Numbered from the stretch's first letter, positions 45,657-54,391 are shown. The stretch is 64,000 bases of DNA from Bacteroidales bacterium (GCA_016286055.1 JAEERW010000002.1:328458-392457); one strand, 5' to 3'. A program made the numbers and translations. Notes: generated from the letters alone by a model not told the origin.

Positions 45657-46130
45657 TCAAAAATTTAAACCTAAAATATAACTTACGAATTCCAAATTCC
45701 AATCAACCTTTTTGACATCCAAGGTATTATATGCCTCAAACTTTTTACTCTTGTCAATAGCAACATTTTTTAACTTGCCAAGTATATACTGTTTATTTTG
45801 TGCTACAAAAAACAGTTTTTCTTGTTTTGTTAATTGAGAAGGTGCATTTGATAATATATCAAAAAAAATTGTAATTATTGCATCTTTCTCAAATGAATAA
45901 TCCATCAGGTTCTTTGTTTTGCCTGAATTTGAAGAGTTTTCAAAGACGTGCTCTAATCCTACGATGCCGTGTCCAAGTTCGTGGGCTATGGTGCGCTCGC
46001 TGAACTGATGGTGGTATTCGTTGAGAAGGTGGCGGTCGTCGCCTGCAAATTTATATTCCTTTACGCCCATTACTTGTCCTTTTTTGGATATGTTTTCGGT
46101 GTAAAGATAGTCAAATTTTTGATTACTCAA
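45657..46130 (-). CDS. HExxH metallopeptidase-like ORF, possibly an orphan or truncated toxin C-terminal module
   Basis: The zinc-binding motif is TIAHELGHGIVGLEHVF, followed by NLMDYS (Met-turn-like). The track start at 46130 is a TTG preceded eight codons upstream by an in-frame stop. The first ATG is at 46070. There is no signal peptide or N-terminal domain. Confidence 0.4.
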   Translation of the reverse strand: MSNQKFDYLYTENISKKGQVMGVKEYKFAGDDRHLLNEYHHQFSERTIAHELGHGIVGLEHVFENSSNSGKTKNLMDYSFEKDAIITIFFDILSNAPSQLTKQEKLFFVAQNKQYILGKLKNVAIDKSKKFEAYNTLDVKKVDWNLEFVSYILGLNF

Positions 46131-46240
46131 TATTGTGTAGCGGATTTTTACCTAACAATAGGAAGGATTGTATGAATTGCCCAGAGGCGGAGGCTTTTCC
46201 ATTAGTAAAAAAAACGAACACAGAAAGCATACATGGAACA

Positions 46241-46295
46241 AAAAAAGAGACTGCCAAAAAAGTCATCAAATCACTTTTTTGACAGTCTCTTTTTT
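46241..46295 (-). terminator. Intrinsic terminator after the RRM gene
   Basis: agagactgccaaaaaagt-catcaaatc-acttttttgacagtctct forms an 18-bp stem with one mismatch. It is flanked by A and T runs and lies 20 nt after the RRM stop. Confidence 0.85.
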
Positions 46296-46314
46296 ATAGT
46301 AGATATTCTGAAAA

Positions 46315-47064
46315 CTATTCGTTTCCGTCGGTGTATTTGCTTTCGTCGGTGAAGTTGTCGTTTGTTTGACGGCGCTCGTAGTTTTCTCCTTCGTTGGAGT
46401 AGTTGTCGTTGTTGTAGCCGTTGTTGTTGTAGCGGTCGTTGTTGTAACGGTTGTTGTAGCCGTTGTTGTTATAGCCGTTGTTGTTGTAGCCACGATTGTT
46501 GTTGTAGCGGTTTTGACGGTAGCCGTTGTTGTTGTAGCCGCCGTTGTTGTAGCGGTTATTGTTGTAGCCGCCTTGATTGTAGCCTTGGTTGTAACCGCCC
46601 TCTTGATCTTCGCCTTGGTTTTGATTGTAGTTGCGGTATCCGCCTTGGTTGTTGTAGTTGTTGTTGTAGCCGCGGCGTTGGAATCCCTGATTGTTGTTGC
46701 GGTATCCGCCGTTGTTGTTGCGGAAACCACCGTTGTTGTTGAATCTGCGCTGTCCGCCGTTGTTGAATCCGCCTTGAGGACGTTGGAATCCGCGATTTTG
46801 GTTCTGCTGACCGTTGTTTTGACGCGGAGGCAATGCTACCGACACTTTGATAACTTTGTCGTCGAGAGTGGCGCCGTTGAGTTCGTCGATGGCTTTTTGA
46901 CCCTCTTCGTCGTTGGGCATTTCTACAAAACCGAATCCTTTAGATACTTTGGTTTCTTTGTCGTAAATAATTTTTGCGGAATTGATTGTTCCGTAGTCTT
47001 TAAACAATTCATTCAAGTCGCTGTCAGTGAAGTCAGGCTTTAAATTTGCAATGTAAATGTTCAT
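46315..47064 (-). CDS. RRM-type RNA-binding protein with a long N/G/Y/R/Q-rich low-complexity C-terminal domain
   Basis: The start is re-set to MNIYIANL (ATG at 47064). RNP2 (IYIANL) and RNP1 (KGFGFVEM) motifs define an RRM of about 80 aa. A tail of about 165 aa follows, made of GYNNN/RYNNN-like repeats. Confidence 0.85.
   Translation of the reverse strand: MNIYIANLKPDFTDSDLNELFKDYGTINSAKIIYDKETKVSKGFGFVEMPNDEEGQKAIDELNGATLDDKVIKVSVALPPRQNNGQQNQNRGFQRPQGGFNNGGQRRFNNNGGFRNNNGGYRNNNQGFQRRGYNNNYNNQGGYRNYNQNQGEDQEGGYNQGYNQGGYNNNRYNNGGYNNNGYRQNRYNNNRGYNNNGYNNNGYNNRYNNDRYNNNGYNNDNYSNEGENYERRQTNDNFTDESKYTDGNE
46385..46800 (-). repeat. Degenerate in-frame tandem repeats (about 15 nt, GTTGTTGTTGTAGCC on the plus strand, encoding G-Y-N-N-N)
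   Basis: Reiterated gttgttgtagccg / gttgttgtagcgg units are visible across the region. Stop-free frames on both strands produce several spurious track ORFs. Confidence 0.8.
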
Positions 47065-47192
47065 TGTTGTTAAAATAATAAAGTGTAAAAAATATAAAAT
47101 AGCAATAGAATAAAATGGAGGTAGCAAACATTGAGAGCAAACTATGGGATTCACATTCGTTGCAAATTAAAGTTCTTTCCTAAGTCAGTACT

Positions 47193-47216
47193 CAAAATTA
47201 TTCAAGTGCAAATGTA
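47193..47216 (-). promoter_or_regulatory. Two candidate -7 boxes (TAATTTTG at 47200..47193, TACATTTG at 47216..47209) for the RRM gene
   Basis: Both are exact TAnnTTTG matches on the minus strand. They imply a 5' UTR of about 125-145 nt. Confidence 0.4.
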
Positions 47217-47278
47217 ATCTAAATTTGTATTAATAATAGTGTTTTAAAAAAATAATTTTCAATTTTTACAATAATCTG

Positions 47279-48157
47279 CTACATGTCGTGATTTAGAGGA
47301 CGACCGTCGCCGTCACGATAAGCGTCTACAACTATCAAAATAATGTCAACAAGCCACCACAAGAAGCACACTCCGAAGGTACAAAGCTGCAAAATACCCA
47401 TAATCCAGTTCTTTGTGTAAAAGCGGTGGATTCCCAAATATCCCAAAAACACACACAACAACAAAGTGACAACAAAACTGCTGCCCTTATCTTGAGACGA
47501 ACCGACAGGTCTGCTGTAGTTTGTGTTGCCATATTGGTTGTGCTGTTGAGCAGGAGGTGCGTAATTAATATAAGAAGAGCCATCGAGACCCGATGATGGT
47601 TGTTCATATTGGGGTTGAGTATAGCTTTGCGACTGTGGTTGCTGTGGTTGCACCTGCTCATCAAGCGAAGGAGCTGAGGTAAACTTTTCGCCACAGTAAG
47701 CGCAAGTAGAGTCCTGAGGTGTAGTAGTCATACCACACTTAGGACAATATTGAGTACCCATATTGACTACTGCATCGCAGTATGGGCAACGCAACGATGT
47801 AGCATCAATAATAAGTCCGCAGTTGCGGCAATATTTTTTTGTAGAGTCGTTTTGCGAATCCATGGGAGCAGACATCTGCTCATTCTCAAGAGAGTATTGA
47901 GGCTCAGCCTCTGACGTCTCTGGCTCTTGTATAGGAGGCTCGGAAGTTTCCGTATAAGAGTTTTCAGTAGCCACAGTTATTTTAAGGCTTGGACTATCGG
48001 CTAGGCTAAAGCCGCAGTTAACACACTGAGTATCGCCAGGCAGACAAAAGTGTCCGCATGTTGGGCAATACATATTTCCTTCGGCAGGGTTGCAACCGCA
48101 GGTTGTGCACTCGGTGGTGCCTTCGGGATTTTCTTTTCCGCAGGTTCTACAATACAT
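47279..48157 (-). CDS. Quadruple zinc-ribbon / TM2 domain membrane protein
   Basis: 292 aa with four CxxC...CxxC ribbons (YCRTCG..CTTCG, YCPTCG..CVNCG, YCRNCG..CPYCD, YCPKCG..CAYCG). A Q/P-rich linker follows. The C-terminal TM2-like pair is LLLCVFLGYLGIHRFY...GILQLCTFGVCFLWWLVDIILIV. Confidence 0.7.
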   Translation of the reverse strand: MYCRTCGKENPEGTTECTTCGCNPAEGNMYCPTCGHFCLPGDTQCVNCGFSLADSPSLKITVATENSYTETSEPPIQEPETSEAEPQYSLENEQMSAPMDSQNDSTKKYCRNCGLIIDATSLRCPYCDAVVNMGTQYCPKCGMTTTPQDSTCAYCGEKFTSAPSLDEQVQPQQPQSQSYTQPQYEQPSSGLDGSSYINYAPPAQQHNQYGNTNYSRPVGSSQDKGSSFVVTLLLCVFLGYLGIHRFYTKNWIMGILQLCTFGVCFLWWLVDIILIVVDAYRDGDGRPLNHDM

Positions 48158-48159
48158 GG

Positions 48160-50616
48160 TTATTTATCGTTAAGTTTTTTATCTGATGAATCTTTGTTGT
48201 CGTTTTTATTGTCGTGATGATGGTGGTCGAAAGCCTTCAATTGCGCTTCAAGCTCTTTTATCTTATTCTCAAGTTCCTCCTGATGTTTCTTGTTTTCGGT
48301 GATGTCGATGGCAAAATAGAGAATCTTGGTGATTTTTCCTTCGTAATTATAATAAGGAGTGTATGTAGACCACAGCCAGCGTACTTCGCCGCTCTTGGTA
48401 AAGCGTTTCATCTCTTTTTCGTAGAACTGACCCGTGGTGGACACGTTCTTGATAACGGTTTCGAGTTCTTCGCGTTCGGTCTTTACAAGGTCAAGCACAT
48501 TTACACCCTGAATTTCCGACAAGTCGTCGTAGTGCATATTTTTCAGATACTTGTCGTTGGCAGTGAGTAGCACGCCCTTGGTGGTGTATTCAATAGTAAG
48601 AATGGTGTTGTTTACAGCATCAATAAGGCTCTTCATATCTGCCTCGCGTTCGAGTGATTTCTGTTGCTCGGCTTTGAGCTCCTTGATGTTGTCTTGCATG
48701 AGTTTCTCGTTTTTGGCAAGGGTGGCGGCTTGGGAACGGAACTGCTGCATAAGCTGCTCTGTCTTGGTATTGATACGTGCTGTAACAAGAGCGCTAGCCA
48801 CAGTATCCGCCATAGTTTCAAGGAATTTCTTTTCGTAATCTTTTAATTCGCGGATAAATGCAATCTCCAAAACGGCGATAAGTTCCTCATCGTAAAGCAA
48901 TGGCACTATGGCAAGGTATTTTGGTTTTGACCTACCAAGACCCGACATCACAGTAATATAGTCGTCGGGCAGATTATCTAAGTAGATAGTGCGTTTTTCG
49001 AGAGCACATGTACCCACAAGCCCTACGCCTTTTTGAATTTTAATTTTTAAAGCCTTCTTTTTTCCAAGGGCTACTGCCGACACCAATTGCAGATATTGTC
49101 CGTCGTCTTCGTTAAGGAGCAAATAGATACCGCCTAACACAGCATCGGTGTATTTGAGAAGGTTAAGCAATATATTGTCGCACAATAGGTTCACTTGGTT
49201 TGTGCCTATGCGCATCGAATCGTTGATAAGTGCGATTCCTTGCTTTATCCAATTTTGGCGGGCTTCGTTTTCTTTTCGTTCGTTTTCCGACGAGGCAATC
49301 AGTCGGAGGGTCTCCAACATCTTATTGTAGCTCTGCTGGAATTTATTATCTTTTGGAAGAGTGTCGAGAGTGTCGTTGTAGCGGTGTTCCTCTATCTCAC
49401 GGTTCAGATCTCTGATTTTAACAAATGTGCTGTGATGACGCTGCATAATATTGTCGAGGAGGCGGAGCTCAGGAATATAAAGACCGCTAACCGACTCGTA
49501 ACTGGCATCCACATCAGTGATCCTTTGACTTTTTTGTGTAAGCTGGTTGATTTGGAGGGTGTACTGACGACGGAAAAGCACTATCAACAAAACTAAAAGC
49601 AGAAATACCGCCACGCCGAGTCCGGCAGCCTTGGCCAGGAAAATGTTGCCCGACACAGAAATGTCAGCACTGTCGGCTACTGCGCACACGCAGTAGTGAA
49701 AATTATAATCGTCCATCTTAAAATTGCGTCCAATTACATACTCGTTGTTTTGGTATATTTCAAAGTTTTCGTGACGGCGAAATTTCAAGAAATAATAGTC
49801 GCTGTTTTCGGGGAAAAGGTTGGCGAAGTTCTTGCCAATAAGCAATTTTTTCTCGGGCGAAGCTATAATCTGCCCGTCGGAGGTTATCACCGTTATACCA
49901 AATTGCTTAGGAATATCAATTTCGGCAATGTCGGAAGTAATGCTATTGATACTAAAGTCAGCTCCTATCACACCCAAAAGCCTTGTGCCAAATTTCAATG
50001 GTGAGGTTACCTGCATTATTAGAATATTTTTGGCATTTTCGCGTATGAGTCTGGGATGTCCAAACGCTATGCTGTTGCGGGTTTTATAGTAATAATAGGA
50101 GTTGATGTCGTTTTTGTCGTTGTAGTTTTTCACGTAGTCGCGTTCTACAATACCCTCGCTGTTTTTTGTAAAAATAGGGATGAAACGTCCAGTAGAGTCG
50201 TGATACTCTTTCAAAACGTAAAGAGAGTCGAGTCCGTCAAACATTTGCGGTTCCCACACAGTAAAGAGTGTTTTCATATCGGGTTCGTCGGCAATGTTTT
50301 CGGAGAGAACCACAGCCGCTTGGTCGCGGGTAAGGTCAAATTGCAGTTCTGGATTTCCTATTTGGTTAAACCAAGTGGTAAGTTTCTTAATTTTAGCTGC
50401 ATAAAGTTCCAACGAAGAGGCCACCTGGTCAGATACTCTTGCTGCTGCCTGTTCCATCTGTTCCTTGGTTTCGTTGATATAACGCTGACGCCCTACAAGT
50501 CCGATAACGATAGCAATTACCATAATCACCACGAAAGATATCACAGAGTAGGCCGCATAAAAGTTGTACGACTGCTTCAGAAGGGTGTTTATTTTTGTCT
50601 TAATATTCTTAAACAT
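48160..50616 (-). CDS. Transmembrane sensor protein (extracytoplasmic Cache-like domain, GAF, PAS) without a recognisable output domain
   Basis: 818 aa. TM1 is at about residues 21-41, followed by an external domain of about 280 aa and TM2 (GLGVAVFLLLVLLIVLF). The GAF domain has GGIYLL...GVGLVGTCALEKRTIYLDNLPDDYITVMSGLGRSKPKYLAIVPL. A coiled coil and one PAS follow. The protein ends in ...FDHHHHDNKNDNK. Confidence 0.7.
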   Translation of the reverse strand: MFKNIKTKINTLLKQSYNFYAAYSVISFVVIMVIAIVIGLVGRQRYINETKEQMEQAAARVSDQVASSLELYAAKIKKLTTWFNQIGNPELQFDLTRDQAAVVLSENIADEPDMKTLFTVWEPQMFDGLDSLYVLKEYHDSTGRFIPIFTKNSEGIVERDYVKNYNDKNDINSYYYYKTRNSIAFGHPRLIRENAKNILIMQVTSPLKFGTRLLGVIGADFSINSITSDIAEIDIPKQFGITVITSDGQIIASPEKKLLIGKNFANLFPENSDYYFLKFRRHENFEIYQNNEYVIGRNFKMDDYNFHYCVCAVADSADISVSGNIFLAKAAGLGVAVFLLLVLLIVLFRRQYTLQINQLTQKSQRITDVDASYESVSGLYIPELRLLDNIMQRHHSTFVKIRDLNREIEEHRYNDTLDTLPKDNKFQQSYNKMLETLRLIASSENERKENEARQNWIKQGIALINDSMRIGTNQVNLLCDNILLNLLKYTDAVLGGIYLLLNEDDGQYLQLVSAVALGKKKALKIKIQKGVGLVGTCALEKRTIYLDNLPDDYITVMSGLGRSKPKYLAIVPLLYDEELIAVLEIAFIRELKDYEKKFLETMADTVASALVTARINTKTEQLMQQFRSQAATLAKNEKLMQDNIKELKAEQQKSLEREADMKSLIDAVNNTILTIEYTTKGVLLTANDKYLKNMHYDDLSEIQGVNVLDLVKTEREELETVIKNVSTTGQFYEKEMKRFTKSGEVRWLWSTYTPYYNYEGKITKILYFAIDITENKKHQEELENKIKELEAQLKAFDHHHHDNKNDNKDSSDKKLNDK

Positions 50617-50620
50617 GGCG

Positions 50621-53413
50621 CTATCCTTCTTTTAATATGCTGCCGATGAGCATTATACGCTCAACGTCGCCTTTGGTGTTAATAATTGGGTATTCGTTGG
50701 CCATCACAGTGGTCTTTTTGCCGGTATTTCCCGAAACAAAACGCAGCTTTTCTGATAGTTCCTTGCCCTGCAAAAGCATAGAGAGCGAAGTGTCGAAAAG
50801 AACAACAGCCTCGGGTACAAGGAATTCGGTAAGGTCGTGGTTTACTGCCGTGCCCACGCCCATCATCATTATGTTGGTAAACATGCTGTTGGCATAAAGA
50901 ATTATGCCACGACGGTTGAAGTCGATACGCACCATACAACGATCAAATGTTTCGGTAAAGGCTTTCACCTCCTGCTCGCGGTCTTCGATAAACTTCTGTT
51001 TGTCTAAGAGTTCTTTCTCTTTCTCGTTCATCTTGTCCATCTGACGGTTGATTTCGCGCTCTTGCATACGCAGCTGGCGTTCAAGAACTTTTGTTTCCGA
51101 AACGTCCATACCTATGTTGATAATTTTCAACACGTTGCCTTTGTCGTCGAGTACGGGCGAGAATGTTTCCGAAATCCAAACTTTTTTCTGCTTGGTGTCG
51201 ATAGATTCCACCAACGAGCGGGTTTGTCCGTGGCGTATGTCGTCCCAAAACTTGCGGTAATCTTTGTTGTCGGGCGAAAATGATGATATGTCGGTGTGGT
51301 TTTTGCCAATAAGTTCCTCTTCAGAAACTTGCAAAAGGTCTGTTACTCTTGGGTTTACACGGGTGATGGTGCCATCTTTGTCGTATTCGGTAACAAGCGA
51401 TGTGGCTTCTACTGCACGGAAAAGACCCTTCATCTCTGTATCCTTATTCTCTGCCTCCTCTTTAAGGCGTCGCATTTCGGCAAGATTTCGGCGCATCTCC
51501 ACTTCTTGAATCTTCATAAGCTTGCTTTGCTCTTGACTCTTTTGTAGAAGCGACTCGGTACGCTCGCTGATTTTTAGGCCTGATATGGCACTGGCTATAC
51601 TTTCGGCAATGCGTTCGAGAAATGTAATTTCGTGTGGTTCAAACACTTTGAACGAGGCAATTTCTATCATGCCGCTGTTTTTGTTGTTGAATACTAGCGG
51701 CACTATCACTAGATTCTTAGGCTCGGCGTCGCCAAGTCCGCTAACAATTTTGATATAGTTTTCGGGCAATTCGGTAAGGTTGATGATGCGGCTTTCGTGG
51801 TATGCGCGTCCCAATAGACCCTCGTCTACCGAAAAACTTGCCTGTATAAGTTTCTGTTTTTCGTAAGCATAACAAGCAGCCATGTCGAGAGTTACATGTT
51901 CGGGGTTATCTTCGTTGGTGAAATATAGCGCACCCTGATTGGCTCCGAGATATTTAACTATATTGCTGATGATGTTGTAGGCGAGCACTTGACGGTCTTG
52001 CCCATGGAAACGAAGAATTTCTATAAACTTGGTTATTCCTTCGTTTACCCAGTCGGAATGTTCCTCTTCTTCTAACCGTTTGCGGTTTTCCTGACTTTTT
52101 ATAGTAAGTTTTTTTCTGAGGGCAGCCACAAGGTCGGCTTCGGTATCCTTGCCGGGCTCTATCTCTTCTGGAGAGTCAAAATCGCCTTCGGTTATTTTTT
52201 CGATGCACTTGATACGCTGGTTTTTGATGGTAACTATGTCGGTAACGTACTGCTCAAGCTCGGCTATTTCTTTTGGTTCAAATATAGATGTGCGGGTTTG
52301 TGTTTCAGGCAGCTGTCCTCTTGCTATGTGGATAACAGTTTGACGAATTTTGTTAAAGAGACGGAAAAACAGCATATTCATAAACACCGAGATAACAGCG
52401 GTAAATATGCAGCCCAGAGAGAGGGCAATAATGATCATGGTAAGTTCCGAACGGTCAATTTGAAGTTCCGACTCGGGGCAGCACACTCCAATATAAGTAT
52501 CCAACTCTTTGATATACAATGTTTTTTGACGCACTTCTAAATCCTTGTCGGGCATCATATATGTTTCGGTAACTATGCCGCTGGTTTCGGAGGCTTGCTT
52601 AATCTTGTTTACCAATCTGACGGTGTGCAGGCTCTCTTTGCTCGACATCTCAGGATGGATATACATATTGCCCGAAAGACATACAGCAAAGAGGTATCCC
52701 GACTGCCCAAAGGTTTGATTTTTAATATATTCCACGGTTTCGCGTGTTAATCCGAACGGACGCATACACGAAATCATACCATTGATTTTTGAGTTGATAT
52801 AGAGTGGGAAAAACGATGCCACATACTGTTTTTTCAGTATAGTGAGGTTTCCTGTGTAAATTTCGGCGTTTTCAACAATGGGTATAATCTCGCTACTGTT
52901 TGGGATAAAAATATCGTTGAGAAGCGACCTGTCGGAATGGTCAAAGTTTGAGGCACTGTTAAGATAGCCTTCGGGTATTTTTTGATATATAGCCGATACC
53001 GAACCAGTAAGGCTGTAAACATTGTCGATTATGGTTTGAACGGCGGAAAAATCGCGACCACGAATAGTCCAGCGGGGCACTTTGCGGTAGAATGTTTCGC
53101 CGGTGACAAAGTCGGTAACCTGACGCGAAACTGAATCTTTTTCCTCGGTAATCTGCCCACCCTGACGCAAGAAATGGATAAACAAGCGGAGACTTTCGGA
53201 AGCTTTGTCGCACGAGGTTTTGTTTTCGATTAAAAGGCGGTCGCGGAGGTTGTTAACGGCAGTAAGCATCTTTTCGTCGGTCTGCTGCTCGCTCTCGGTA
53301 TTGCGACTTATGATTACAAGTATGCCCACAATGGTATATACTGCTATTGAAAACAATACCAGAAATATGCTTACATTTCGGCGGAGCTTATTTTGCTTTA
53401 TGTCGTTATTCAT
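50621..53413 (-). CDS. Transmembrane sensor protein, paralog of 48160..50616 (extracytoplasmic domain, HAMP-like linker, GAF, two PAS), no output domain
   Basis: 930 aa with the same layout. The GAF domain has GALYFT...EGLLGRAYHESRIINLTELPENYIKIVSGLGDAEPKNLVIVPL. A coiled coil and two PAS-like modules follow. I see no HisKA/HATPase, GGDEF/EAL, MCP or HTH motif. Confidence 0.7.
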   Translation of the reverse strand: MNNDIKQNKLRRNVSIFLVLFSIAVYTIVGILVIISRNTESEQQTDEKMLTAVNNLRDRLLIENKTSCDKASESLRLFIHFLRQGGQITEEKDSVSRQVTDFVTGETFYRKVPRWTIRGRDFSAVQTIIDNVYSLTGSVSAIYQKIPEGYLNSASNFDHSDRSLLNDIFIPNSSEIIPIVENAEIYTGNLTILKKQYVASFFPLYINSKINGMISCMRPFGLTRETVEYIKNQTFGQSGYLFAVCLSGNMYIHPEMSSKESLHTVRLVNKIKQASETSGIVTETYMMPDKDLEVRQKTLYIKELDTYIGVCCPESELQIDRSELTMIIIALSLGCIFTAVISVFMNMLFFRLFNKIRQTVIHIARGQLPETQTRTSIFEPKEIAELEQYVTDIVTIKNQRIKCIEKITEGDFDSPEEIEPGKDTEADLVAALRKKLTIKSQENRKRLEEEEHSDWVNEGITKFIEILRFHGQDRQVLAYNIISNIVKYLGANQGALYFTNEDNPEHVTLDMAACYAYEKQKLIQASFSVDEGLLGRAYHESRIINLTELPENYIKIVSGLGDAEPKNLVIVPLVFNNKNSGMIEIASFKVFEPHEITFLERIAESIASAISGLKISERTESLLQKSQEQSKLMKIQEVEMRRNLAEMRRLKEEAENKDTEMKGLFRAVEATSLVTEYDKDGTITRVNPRVTDLLQVSEEELIGKNHTDISSFSPDNKDYRKFWDDIRHGQTRSLVESIDTKQKKVWISETFSPVLDDKGNVLKIINIGMDVSETKVLERQLRMQEREINRQMDKMNEKEKELLDKQKFIEDREQEVKAFTETFDRCMVRIDFNRRGIILYANSMFTNIMMMGVGTAVNHDLTEFLVPEAVVLFDTSLSMLLQGKELSEKLRFVSGNTGKKTTVMANEYPIINTKGDVERIMLIGSILKEG

Positions 53414-53577
53414 TTATAATCAATATGTTGCAACCATAACGCCTTTTATTGGGCTTATTTGATTTAGTATATGTCTACTAATATTTTAGTTGACTAAATT
53501 ACAAACTTTTTGGCAAATATGATTCCAATTTATAATGTTTTTTTTAAATATTTACTAATACACTAATTTGTAAGCAT

Positions 53578-54375
53578 TTATAAAATTCTAATTTTTTCTA
53601 AACTGTCGCTCAGTTGTGGTTCGTGGTCAAAAATTCCGAACAGTGCCGAACCGCTGCCTGTCATTGATGCGTATACCGCGCCGCAATCGTACAACTGCTG
53701 CTTTATTGTGCCGAGCAATGGAAATTCAGGAAAGAGGAACTCCTCAAAATCGTTCTTTACTGTCAACTTCCATTCTGAAACTGGTTTCTGAACCGATTCT
53801 TCAAGGCTGAACTTTGGCTTTTGCGGTTTCACTTTTGAATATGCCAACGGTGTGGATATTGCAATATCTGGTTTAACTATCACAATGTCAAGATTACTAG
53901 GAAGGATAATTTCCGAAAACACGTCTCCCCTGCCTGTTGCAAACATTGGTTTGTTTTTTATAAAGAATGCGCAGTCGCTGCCGAGTTCCGAAGCCATATT
54001 AATACGTTCGTCCTCGCTCATTCCAAGATTGAAATGCTGGTTCAAGGCGTTTATCATAAATGCGGCGTCTGACGAACCCCCGCCAAGACCTGCTCCTGTC
54101 GGTATTTTTTTCATCAGGTGAATGTCTAATGGAGGTATGTCGTATTTATGGCGAACTTTGGCAACTGCTTTCTGAACAAGGTTAGGCTTACCATCAAATG
54201 GGATGTTGAGCCCCGAGGTTACAAAGGTATCGTCGTCGCTGTTGTTTTCTACAAATTCAAGGCAGTCGCATAGCTTTACTGGGTAAAAAACCGTTTCGAT
54301 ATCATGAAAACCGTCGCTCCGGCGGGCAACTATGTCAAGTCCGATATTAATTTTGGCGTTAGGAAATACTATCAT
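53578..54375 (-). CDS. ispE: 4-diphosphocytidyl-2-C-methyl-D-erythritol kinase
   Basis: The start is re-set to MIVFPNAKINIGLDIVARRSDGFHDIETVF (ATG at 54375). The GHMP kinase motif is KKIPTGAGLGGGSSDAA. Confidence 0.9.
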   Translation of the reverse strand: MIVFPNAKINIGLDIVARRSDGFHDIETVFYPVKLCDCLEFVENNSDDDTFVTSGLNIPFDGKPNLVQKAVAKVRHKYDIPPLDIHLMKKIPTGAGLGGGSSDAAFMINALNQHFNLGMSEDERINMASELGSDCAFFIKNKPMFATGRGDVFSEIILPSNLDIVIVKPDIAISTPLAYSKVKPQKPKFSLEESVQKPVSEWKLTVKNDFEEFLFPEFPLLGTIKQQLYDCGAVYASMTGSGSALFGIFDHEPQLSDSLEKIRIL

Positions 54376-54391
54376 TCTAAAAAGTTTTTTA

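Noticed and set aside
46385-46800. The short tandem DNA repeats considered as a possible CRISPR array or non-coding satellite.
   Set aside because: The units are about 15 nt, degenerate, contiguous with no spacers, and in frame within a coding sequence (GYNNN repeats). There are no cas genes in the window.
46266-47154. Several overlapping ORFs on both strands across the RRM-gene tail: a T/A-rich 154-aa ORF, a C/R/S-rich 126-aa ORF, a V-rich 225-aa ORF, and the 30-codon N-terminal extension of the RRM ORF.
   Set aside because: All are by-products of the stop-free GTTGTTGTAGCC repeat. Only the frame continuous with the RNP2/RNP1 RRM motifs is credible. The extension MNPIVCSQCLLPP... precedes the conserved MNIYIANL start.
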